64,000 nt of DNA from Candidatus Latescibacterota bacterium (GTDB taxonomy: Bacteria; Latescibacterota; UBA2968; GCA-2709665). Under the pieces are notes generated by a model. It saw only the letters and a program-made list of their open reading frames with translations, searched no databases and had not been told where the DNA came from. The stretch lies in the NCBI GenBank assembly GCA_965219995.1, contig CBDCOX010000002.1, forward strand, positions 3,232,001 through 3,296,000. The letters run 5' to 3'. This document shows, piece after piece, positions 1 to 8,091 of the stretch. Made by a program: the position numbers and the translations under genes. The stretch's first letter is position 1. Each line of letters starts with the position of its first letter.

Positions 1-51
1 ACGTATCCATCGGATATGCTGCGCCCGGAGCGATTCAGAGGGATCGAGCGG

Positions 52-1470
52 CTAATTCTTCAACGCTTCCAACCCGAACCGTTCCGTGGTCTCGAGCGTC
101 TCCCTCACGTCGTCCCAGCTGGTGTTGTGGTTGAGGATGCACATCCTCAGCGAAAACGTCCCGTGAAGAAGCGTCGACGAAAAAAACGCCCGATCTTCCC
201 AGAACACGCGCGCAAGCACCTTCCTGTTGATTTCTTCCAATGCCGCTTCGTCCAGCTCCTCGCCGGAAGGATTCACGCGAAAACAAACCACGCCCAGCGA
301 CACGGGCGTCAGAAGCTCCAGGTTCGGACGCTTCTCCACGAATTCCCCGGCGCGGACGGCAAGCTCCATACCCCTGGATACAGCGCGCCGGAACGCCGCC
401 ATGCCGAACGTCTGCACGGACATCCAGATCTTCAACGCACGCACAGACCGGCTCAGTTGCAGGCCCCGGTCCGCGATGTTGGGATGGTTCGCGCCCCATA
501 CCGTATCCTGCAGGATATCCGGATGCACACCGAAAGCGCGCTCGAGAGTGCCCTCGTCCTTGACGAGGAGGCCGCCAGCCTCGTACGGCTGGAAGAACCA
601 CTTGTGGGCATCCAGACCGATCGAATCGGCGCGCGCGATTCCACGCAGCAACGTACTGCCACGCTCCGTCACAAGCGCGAAGCCGCCGTAGGCCGCATCC
701 ACGTGAAGCCAGATCCCTTCCGCCTCGCAGAAATCCGCCATCGCCGCCAGCGGGTCAATTGCCCCGGTGCTGCTGGTTCCCGCGTTTGCGCAGACCGCGA
801 TGGGGTTGAACCCCGCCGCGCGATCCTCGGCCACCGAGCGCGCCAGCGCGTCCACGTCCAGCCGGAACCGTTCATCGCTGGGAATCATGCGGGTACATTC
901 CGGGCGTACGCCCACGATCCCGGCCGCGCGGACGTGCGCGCTGTGGCTCTGGTCGCTCATGTAGACGGTCGCGCGATCGGGATGGCCCGCGGCTTCACGA
1001 GCGGCTACCAATGCGTCGATGCTGGCGGCCGAACCCCCGCTCGTGAGCAGGCCGCCCGCGCTTTCAGGATAGCCGACCCAGCGTCGCAGCCAGTCGATCA
1101 CCACCAGTTCAAGTTGACTCGGACCGCTGGCGACCAGCCAGGTGCACGCGTTGACATTGTATCCGGCCGCCAGGAAATCGGCGAGCACGCCCGGCCACGT
1201 GGGCGACGAGGGGATGAATCCGAAGCATCTCGGATGGTCGAGCCGAGTCGTGAATGGAAGGATCTCCTTCGCGGCCTGATCCATCACCTCCTCGGCCGGT
1301 CGCCCCGCCTCCGGGGGCGCCTCCATCAACCGATGTTCGAGTTCGCGCCGGAACTCGCCGTCCCATGCGCCTTCCTCGGGCAGGTTTTCGGCCCGCGCAA
1401 CCAGGAGTTCGGCAGCTTTACGCGCCAGTGCGAGCATCGCCTGGGGCGACATCTGAAGATCGCCGCACAC
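52..1470 (-). CDS. PLP-dependent group II (aromatic-L-amino-acid-type) decarboxylase
   Basis: HPRCFGFIP, TSGGS, SDQSHS, GTSSTGAIDPL, WLHVDAAYGG and DAHKW (PLP lysine) motifs; exact start uncertain. Confidence 0.9.
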   Translation of the reverse strand: MCGDLQMSPQAMLALARKAAELLVARAENLPEEGAWDGEFRRELEHRLMEAPPEAGRPAEEVMDQAAKEILPFTTRLDHPRCFGFIPSSPTWPGVLADFLAAGYNVNACTWLVASGPSQLELVVIDWLRRWVGYPESAGGLLTSGGSAASIDALVAAREAAGHPDRATVYMSDQSHSAHVRAAGIVGVRPECTRMIPSDERFRLDVDALARSVAEDRAAGFNPIAVCANAGTSSTGAIDPLAAMADFCEAEGIWLHVDAAYGGFALVTERGSTLLRGIARADSIGLDAHKWFFQPYEAGGLLVKDEGTLERAFGVHPDILQDTVWGANHPNIADRGLQLSRSVRALKIWMSVQTFGMAAFRRAVSRGMELAVRAGEFVEKRPNLELLTPVSLGVVCFRVNPSGEELDEAALEEINRKVLARVFWEDRAFFSSTLLHGTFSLRMCILNHNTSWDDVRETLETTERFGLEALKN

Positions 1471-1686
1471 GCCGTTGTTCTTTTTCTTATCGGATCCTAT
1501 GGCGCCGTCTCGTTGTTCTTTGTTGACTCTCGGGGATTTGCGACACGACCGCCCTGTTATTGCCGCCTGTCGGTGTTACGGAGGTTCCAGGCAGGAAGCC
1601 AGGACCCGATTAGTTCATTTATTTGCACTAAATGGGTTGACATCCCCCAGGAAAACGCACATATATAATACAAGGGAGACGCGGAA

Positions 1687-1751
1687 TTGCAAACCAGAAC
1701 CGATCAGGTCCGGCGCCGGCTGGAAAAGGAAAGGCCGGTTGGCTTGAATAA
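1687..1751 (+). pseudogene. hicA: Internally deleted HicA toxin remnant
   Basis: RBS AAGGGAG, then TTG-MQTRTDQVRRRLEKE (HicA-like N-terminus) joined out of frame to KAGWLE-stop (HicA-like C-terminus), immediately upstream of hicB. Confidence 0.6.
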
Positions 1752-1775
1752 ACGAGTTGGAAGGAGGACCCGCGC

Positions 1776-2162
1776 GTGGCTCGTTATCCCGCGCTGATCG
1801 ATGGCGAAACCGGCGCTTATGGTGTGACGTTTCCCGGTATTCCCGGCATCGTCGCCATGGGAAAAACCGTGGACGAGGCGCTGATGAACGCCGAAGAAGC
1901 GCTTCGCGACTATGTAGTCGAGGCCGAGAAGGACGGAGAGACGATACCGCCGCCAGGGGCTCTGGAACGGGTGGAGGTCCCGAACGGACAGGCGCTTGTG
2001 TCCGTCCCGCTGATTCGAATCTCCGGCCGGAACGTACGCGCCCACATGACGCTGGACGAAGGCGTCGCGGCGTTTATCGACGGTGAGGCGCGAAGACGCC
2101 GTATGACCCGCAAGGCCTATGTCGAATGGATGGTCCGACGTATCGCGGAGATGGGCGGATAG
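1776..2162 (+). CDS. hicB: HicB family antitoxin with C-terminal DNA-binding (RHH-like) region
   Basis: YPALIDGETGAYGVTFPGIPGIVAMGKTVDEALMNAEEAL; RBS AGGAGG. Confidence 0.85.
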   Translation: MARYPALIDGETGAYGVTFPGIPGIVAMGKTVDEALMNAEEALRDYVVEAEKDGETIPPPGALERVEVPNGQALVSVPLIRISGRNVRAHMTLDEGVAAFIDGEARRRRMTRKAYVEWMVRRIAEMGG

Positions 2163-2193
2163 GCGCCGCAAACGCACGCCCGGATACGGACCC

Positions 2194-3723
2194 TTATTCG
2201 AAAACGACCAGTTCGCCGTTCCTTACGACCAGCACGACCGGATCGTAAACCGCGTCGCCGCTTTCGTCGAATGAAAACGAGCCCAGAACCGTTTCCAGGT
2301 CCCTCGTACCCGCCATCGCGTCTCGAATCGCGCCCGCGTCGGTTGACCAGGCCCCGGCGATTGCTTCCGTGAGAATGTACATGGCGGCGTACGACTGCGC
2401 GGCCCACGTGTCAGGTTCAGTACCGTATTTCGTTACGTAATTCTCCACAAAGGTCTCATTGCCCGGCGTGGAAGCCGCGCCCGACCAGCTGACAAATGAA
2501 ATCGCGCCCTCCGCAGCGTCACCCGCGGCCTCGACTTCAGCCCTCGACAGAGCGGGAACGAGAAAGGTTACGTTCGAAGCTATGCCGACCTCGCGCGCCT
2601 GAATCAAAATCTCCGATAGTTCGGTACCCAGGGCCGAGACGAAGACGGCATGCGGATTCAACGCCTTGATGCGCGTTAACTGTTCCGTAAAGGTGGTATC
2701 GCCGGTGTTGATGGTTTCTCGCGCCAGGATTTCGACGTCGATTTCGGCCAGTGTGTTTCTGATCGCCTCGTCGCTGCTGCGGGAGAAGAGGTCGACCTCG
2801 TCCACGATCATGGCGACTCTACGATACCTCAGCTTTTCCTGTGTCTCCCTGACCGAGCCGGGGACAAGCGCATTGACGTTCAGTCCGGCGCGGAAGATAT
2901 AGTCGCCTATCGCGCTCAGGCCGGCCGCGGTCGACGTGGAACTGAACGCAATGACCTCGTTCCGCTGGGCGATGGGAAACGCTTCCCTGGCGGCGGTGGA
3001 AATCACAGGACCGAGTATGGCGGACACACCGTCCTTGTCGATCAGTCTGTTGAACGCTTCAACGGCTCCGTCCGCGGTACCTCGTGAATCCACGACAATG
3101 AAGCGGATGCGCGCGCCGCCAAGTTTCGATGAACCGTTGATTTCGTTCTGCGCCAGCGCAAACCCGTCTCGCGCGGGAAATCCGTATCGCGTCTGCGGGC
3201 CTGTCAGAGGAAGAACGACACCGATCGCAATCTCCGCCGGAAGCCCGCCGGGCGCCAGCATGATCGAACCCGCCACGCGGGCTCTGTCGCCGACCGGCAG
3301 TTCGACCGTCGTTTCGTAGCCGCCGTTAACGGGAATACTGGACCAGGTTCCCAGCACACGACCGCCCCGTATCGCGCGCGCGCGGTAATAACCGGTCACC
3401 CGGTCATCTCCGATATTGATCCTCGCCCGGCCGCGGGCGTTGGTTGTGCCCGACCACATGTACTCCGCGGCCCTCCCCGAAACGGATCGTCCGAGTTCCA
3501 CGGTGACGCCGCTTACCGGCGTCTGATCCCGTGTTGCGCGGGCCACCACAACCGCCAATGCCCGGTCCCCACCCGAAGCCAGTTTGCCCAGCGGCCCCAC
3601 CGCCTGCCCGTCGGCCTCCGGCAATTGAGACGTCGTCAACCGATCGCCGGCGCAACCCCATGCTGCGCATATGGCCAGAGCCGGCAACAACACACTGCGG
3701 ATACGGAAAGATTGATTACGCAT
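2194..3723 (-). CDS. Lipoprotein: RSxSGR domain plus branched-chain amino acid-type (PBP1/LivJ) substrate-binding domain
   Basis: ATG 3723 with GGGG RBS; lipobox AWGC; IGVVLPLTG, ILGPVIS, AIGDYIFR and C-terminal GSFSFDESGD. Confidence 0.85.
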   Translation of the reverse strand: MRNQSFRIRSVLLPALAICAAWGCAGDRLTTSQLPEADGQAVGPLGKLASGGDRALAVVVARATRDQTPVSGVTVELGRSVSGRAAEYMWSGTTNARGRARINIGDDRVTGYYRARAIRGGRVLGTWSSIPVNGGYETTVELPVGDRARVAGSIMLAPGGLPAEIAIGVVLPLTGPQTRYGFPARDGFALAQNEINGSSKLGGARIRFIVVDSRGTADGAVEAFNRLIDKDGVSAILGPVISTAAREAFPIAQRNEVIAFSSTSTAAGLSAIGDYIFRAGLNVNALVPGSVRETQEKLRYRRVAMIVDEVDLFSRSSDEAIRNTLAEIDVEILARETINTGDTTFTEQLTRIKALNPHAVFVSALGTELSEILIQAREVGIASNVTFLVPALSRAEVEAAGDAAEGAISFVSWSGAASTPGNETFVENYVTKYGTEPDTWAAQSYAAMYILTEAIAGAWSTDAGAIRDAMAGTRDLETVLGSFSFDESGDAVYDPVVLVVRNGELVVFE

Positions 3724-3758
3724 TGGATCCCCTTGTTCTTCGGAGTTCAGGACCTTTC

Positions 3759-3838
3759 CAGCCCGTTGAAAAAGCCCACCCGGACTGCGTCCGGCCCTTG
3801 CGGCCGAAACCCTGCGTTGCGACTTTGTCAACGGACTG
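3759..3838. mobile_element. 80-bp MITE-like element with 16-bp imperfect terminal inverted repeats
   Basis: CAGCCCGTTGAAAAAG at 3759 and CTTTGTCAACGGACTG ending 3838 (14/16 complementary); abuts the stop codon of the upstream gene. Confidence 0.55.
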
Positions 3839-5449
3839 TTACGGCTCGAACCGATAGACCACCGGCAATTGCGAAGGGTCGGTGACATTCGGATCCGTGT
3901 GGTGATAGATATTGATGCGCCCGGTTCCGCAATCTCCAAACTCATCGCTGGAGATCGTGCCGATGAGACCCTCGAATCCGGACGTGGCGAAGAGCTCCCG
4001 GCGCAGCGCGTTGCGGTCGACGATCAACGATTCGTCGTCCTGAATCGCCACGGACGCGATGGCGCTGAGCAGCAGCGTCGCGGCGTCGTAGGAGTGCGCC
4101 CAGTACGGCGTGCCCGGAAACCCGCCGTGCGCGGCTTCATAGGCGGTCAGGACGTCCTCAACGCTTTTTCCGGTTACCGCATTGACATTTGTGCCCAGGT
4201 CTGCCTCCGGCCCGGCAGCGTAAACGCCCTCGGACTGCGGGGTGGCCAGAAATTCCGAATCGAGAAGGGCCGCGCCCGTGATAAGCGTCACGCTTTCCAG
4301 GCCGTCGAATTCCTTCGCCTGCTTCGCAAATGGTATTCCTTCCTCGTCGAAGAGCGGGAAGAAGATTCCGTCCGGCCCTGCCTCGGCAAACTGCGTGAGG
4401 ACGGAGGTCATGTCCTCTTGCCCCTTGTCTATCCGGGCGCTGACCGGTACCTCGCCTCCCACGGCGGCGAACGCATCGCCGAACGCACTGACGAGGGCCG
4501 TTGTGTACGGGTCGCCGTCGTCCAGCGCTACCATGCGCCTCAGACCCAGTTCATTGTACGCGAAGTCAGCCACAGCCCGTGCCTGGTAGAGGTCGTTGAC
4601 CGCAACGCGAAAGTATCCGGGGTGGTAGTCGGAACTTGCGTTGCCCGCCAGATCGGACGTCAGCCTCGGCGACGTATTGGACGGCGAGATCATTACGAGC
4701 CCGGCTTCGCTGATCACCGGCGAGGCGGCCACGGCCGCCCCGGAGCAGGAGGTCCCGATAACCCCCAGCACCCGCGAATCCGCGACAATCTGTTCCGCCC
4801 CCGCGCGTCCGCCGTCGGGACCGCACATGCCGTCGATTGCCTCACCGAGTTCGACGCCGTGTCCATGGATCATTCCAAAATCGGCAACGGCCAGTTCAAC
4901 GGCATTTCGCGACGGATTGCCAAGCGACGCGGCGATGGTGTGCGTGAGCAGCGAACGAATGTGCACGGCCTCGCCTCCGCCAATCGTCACCAGGGTCCGG
5001 ACGTATGTACCCGTCACGCGTGCGTTTCCGCCAACGGGCAGATCGACCATGACTTCGTACCCCATGTTAACGGGTATGCTCGACCACGAACCGAGCAGGC
5101 TCCCGGCATCCATGGCGCGGACCTGATAGTAACCTCCGCCCGACGCGACTTCGACCCGCGCCAGGCCGTTCGCGTCGGTGGCGCCCGACGACTGGAAGCT
5201 GGCCGCCCGTCCTGAAATCGATCGCGCGATTTCCACCGTAACGCCGCCCAACGGCATTTGACCGTCCAGCACCCGGCCCACGACCAGGGCCGGAGTCACG
5301 TCCCCGCCGGAAGCCAGTTTGCCCAGCGGCTGACCGCCCGGTTCGCCGGACTCAGGTGCCTGCGACGTGGTCACGGGTTCCCCGCCGCAGCCCCAGGTTA
5401 CTGCTGCGACGAGTGTCAGCGCCAATAGACTGCGAGCCCGGTTAAACAT
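3839..5449 (-). CDS. Lipoprotein: RSxSGR domain plus LivJ-like substrate-binding domain
   Basis: ATG 5449 with GGAGG RBS; lipobox TWGC; DGMC...IGTSCSGA, ISPSNTSP, GYFR..ND..Q, YDAATLL. Confidence 0.85.
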   Translation of the reverse strand: MFNRARSLLALTLVAAVTWGCGGEPVTTSQAPESGEPGGQPLGKLASGGDVTPALVVGRVLDGQMPLGGVTVEIARSISGRAASFQSSGATDANGLARVEVASGGGYYQVRAMDAGSLLGSWSSIPVNMGYEVMVDLPVGGNARVTGTYVRTLVTIGGGEAVHIRSLLTHTIAASLGNPSRNAVELAVADFGMIHGHGVELGEAIDGMCGPDGGRAGAEQIVADSRVLGVIGTSCSGAAVAASPVISEAGLVMISPSNTSPRLTSDLAGNASSDYHPGYFRVAVNDLYQARAVADFAYNELGLRRMVALDDGDPYTTALVSAFGDAFAAVGGEVPVSARIDKGQEDMTSVLTQFAEAGPDGIFFPLFDEEGIPFAKQAKEFDGLESVTLITGAALLDSEFLATPQSEGVYAAGPEADLGTNVNAVTGKSVEDVLTAYEAAHGGFPGTPYWAHSYDAATLLLSAIASVAIQDDESLIVDRNALRRELFATSGFEGLIGTISSDEFGDCGTGRINIYHHTDPNVTDPSQLPVVYRFEP

Positions 5450-5987
5450 GCCAAGTCCCTCCATTCTGGCGATAATCTGCGAATTGGAAACGAAAAGAGT
5501 TCGGGCGTTTCGGAGACCTTTCAGAAACGAACATCAATGACCCGGTCACGCGGGCTTTTGCGCCAACCGGCAATTCAACCGTGGATTCGTACCCCGCGTT
5601 GATCGGGATGCTGGTCCAGGAGCCCAGTGAGATCCCTTCCTGCGTCGCCCTCACGCTATAATAACCGCTTACGCCGCTTCCTGCAATCTCCACGCGCGCG
5701 CGCCCGCGCGCGCCGGTCTTACCCGACCACGCATAGTCTGCCGCCCGCCCGGAGACGGATCGAGCGAAATGGACGGTGACGCCGCTCAGCGGCGCCTGAC
5801 CCTGCCGGACGCGAACGATGACCGAGGCCGGGGTCGTGTTGGCGTCTAAAGCGAGTTTTCCCGGCGCGCGGCGAACCCCGACCCCGCCTTCCGGAACCTG
5901 CGAGGTTGTCAAGCGTTCGCGGCCGCAGCCCAACACCAGGAATCCGGCCAACGCCAAAACGGACACACGGCGCAAGCTCTTGAGCAT
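5442..5987 (-). CDS. Lipoprotein consisting only of the RSxSGR domain (stand-alone or truncated paralog)
   Basis: ATG 5987 with AAGGAG RBS; lipobox VLGC; FARSVSGRAADYAWSGKTG...GYYSVRA...GSWTSIPINAGY followed by a short unrelated tail. Confidence 0.7.
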   Translation of the reverse strand: MLKSLRRVSVLALAGFLVLGCGRERLTTSQVPEGGVGVRRAPGKLALDANTTPASVIVRVRQGQAPLSGVTVHFARSVSGRAADYAWSGKTGARGRARVEIAGSGVSGYYSVRATQEGISLGSWTSIPINAGYESTVELPVGAKARVTGSLMFVSERSPKRPNSFRFQFADYRQNGGTWHV

Positions 5988-6050
5988 TTCAGCGCTCCTT
6001 ATCGCAGAACCTGAGAGTCCCGACTCCGGTTGTACCGTTGGGCACAGACC

Positions 6051-6088
6051 CCAAAATGACAGGCAGCGTACACTGCCTGTCATTTTGG
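6051..6088. repeat. 38-bp near-perfect palindrome
   Basis: CCAAAATGACAGGCAG-cgtaca-CTGCCTGTCATTTTGG, perfect 16-bp arms. Confidence 0.85.
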
Positions 6089-6328
6089 CGAAACATTCAC
6101 CAGGTTAACCTTGATTCGTCATTTTCCGGTGACGTTACATCGTATATACGCAAGTCAACAACGGCGATTCGACGTCGGATTTTCTGGAACCTTCAGGTCA
6201 CTGGAGGTGAACGGAAAAAACGTCCGTTTCGACGACCTCTTCGGCCCAATTCGGAAGATCTTGCCGCGGTGCAGCGTTGCTTTTTTTTCTCGAATTCCGG
6301 AATCTACTCCCGAGCGCCGCGGAGCGCA

Positions 6329-7945
6329 TCACGGTCCGAACCGATAGACCACGGGCAACTGCGCCGGGTCTACGATGCTCGTGTCCGTGTGGTGATAGAT
6401 GTTCACGACACCGGTGCCGCAGTCTCCGAACTCGTCACAGGTGAGTTCCCCGATGAGACCGGGGAAGCCGGCTGTGGCCCCGATTTCCGCGCGCAGCGCA
6501 ACGCGGTCAATGTACAATTTCCCGCCATCGGTCACCGCAACGGCGTTGATGGCGCCCAGCAGCAGCGTCGCCGCGTCGTACGCGTGCGCCCAGAAGGGAT
6601 TGGTATGGGTCCCGCCGTAGATTGACTCGATCTCCGCAAGAACCGCACTTCCGCTCTTGCCGGTGGCGATATTGACGTTTTCGCCGTGAACCGGCTCCGG
6701 CCCGGCAAAATAGACGCCCTCGGACTGCGGCGTGCCGAGGAACTCCGAAAGGAGGAGGGCCGCGTCCGTGAGGAGCGTCGCGTCTTTCAGACCGTCGACC
6801 TCCCGAACCTGCACGGCGAATGGCGAGCCCTCTGCGATGAAGAGAGGAAAGAAGATGCCGTCGGGTTCGGCATCCGAAAATTCCGCAAGGACGGACGTCA
6901 TGTCCGTCTGTTCTTTCTCGATCCGGGCATTGACCGGGACCTCGCCGCCCAATTCACGGAACGCATTGCCGAACGCAGTGGTGAGACCCATGGTATACGG
7001 GTCGCCGTCGTCGATGGATACCATCCGCCGAAGGCCCAGTTCGTTGTATGCGAAGTCGGCGACGGCCTGCCCCTGGTACAGGTCGTTGTTGGCCGTGCGA
7101 AAATAGCCCGGGTGATAGTCCGGACTGGCGTTGCCGAAGAGGTCGGACGTGAGCGTCGGCGACGTGTTGGCCGGCGAGACCATCACCAGGCCCGCCGCAC
7201 TCAGCAGAGGTGAAGCCGCCACCGCGGATCCGGAACACAACGTGCCGATGATGCCGAGCGCCTGTGGATTGGCGATGACCTGCTGTGCGCTGGCGCGGCC
7301 GCCTTCGGCCGAACACATGCCGTCTATGGGATCGCCAAGCTCAACCTCGCGACCGTGGATCGGGCCGAAATCCCGAATGGCCAACTCGGCGCTGTATCGC
7401 GCCCAATCCGAAACCGAAGGCACGATGACGTGCGCAAGCACGGTACGGATTTGCACAGCCTCGCCCTCGCCATACGGTACCACGTCCCGAACGCTTGAAC
7501 CCGTCACGAGCGCCCCGCCGTCAACGGACAGTTCGACCTGCGTTTCATATCCTTCGTTAACCGGAATGCTCGACCACGAACCCAGAACGTTGTCGTCCTG
7601 CGTCGCCCGCGCCTGGTAGTATCCCCCCACCCGGGCGCCGCCGATAACAACCCTTGCCCGGCCGCGGGCATCGGTTGTGCCCGACCACTCAAAGTTCGCG
7701 GAACGGCCCGATACCGAACGCGAGAACGCCACGGTGACGCCTTCGACGGCCGTCTCGCCATCTTGCACGCGGGCCAGAACCGCGGCCTGCTCGACGTCTC
7801 CGCCGGGAGCCAGCTTTCCGAGCGCCTGCCCCGGCTGATCCTCTGCCTCAGGCATCTGTGACGTCGTCACGCGCTCACCACCGCAGCCCCACGCCAGAAC
7901 TGCGACAAGCGCCGGCAAAAACAAACTGCCGTTTCGTGAGAACAT
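6329..7945 (-). CDS. Lipoprotein: RSxSGR domain plus LivJ-like substrate-binding domain (close paralog of 3839-5449)
   Basis: Lipobox AWGC; long near-identical stretches with 3839-5449 (ADFAYNELGLRRMV, QLPVVYRF). Confidence 0.87.
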   Translation of the reverse strand: MFSRNGSLFLPALVAVLAWGCGGERVTTSQMPEAEDQPGQALGKLAPGGDVEQAAVLARVQDGETAVEGVTVAFSRSVSGRSANFEWSGTTDARGRARVVIGGARVGGYYQARATQDDNVLGSWSSIPVNEGYETQVELSVDGGALVTGSSVRDVVPYGEGEAVQIRTVLAHVIVPSVSDWARYSAELAIRDFGPIHGREVELGDPIDGMCSAEGGRASAQQVIANPQALGIIGTLCSGSAVAASPLLSAAGLVMVSPANTSPTLTSDLFGNASPDYHPGYFRTANNDLYQGQAVADFAYNELGLRRMVSIDDGDPYTMGLTTAFGNAFRELGGEVPVNARIEKEQTDMTSVLAEFSDAEPDGIFFPLFIAEGSPFAVQVREVDGLKDATLLTDAALLLSEFLGTPQSEGVYFAGPEPVHGENVNIATGKSGSAVLAEIESIYGGTHTNPFWAHAYDAATLLLGAINAVAVTDGGKLYIDRVALRAEIGATAGFPGLIGELTCDEFGDCGTGVVNIYHHTDTSIVDPAQLPVVYRFGP

Positions 7946-8040
7946 AACGAGTCACCTCCAATTTTTCAGACGTCGAAAAACGGAATCCATACCCGAAAGC
8001 GGCGACTATGGACGCCGGAACCTGCCGGCGATTTTAACGT

Positions 8041-8076
8041 AAAACAGCCTCCGGACACATTGGCATCCGGAGGCTG
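8041..8076 (-). terminator. Probable intrinsic terminator or stabilising hairpin
   Basis: 11-bp stem CAGCCTCCGGA/TCCGGAGGCTG followed by TTTT on the minus strand, just after the stop at 8092. Confidence 0.55.
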
Positions 8077-8091
8077 GAGACGTGTACTTGA

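Noticed and set aside
16-1668. 550-aa plus-strand ORF and similar long ORFs (3869-5215, 33188-34381, 37722-39833, 59085-60347)
   Set aside because: Antisense shadows of well-supported genes in GC-rich DNA; Arg/His/Pro-rich with no motifs.
3724-3945. 74-codon N-terminal extension of the first lipoprotein ORF (similarly 19897-20205, 30241-30504, 54509-54784)
   Set aside because: Overlaps upstream genes; a better start with RBS or translational coupling lies downstream.
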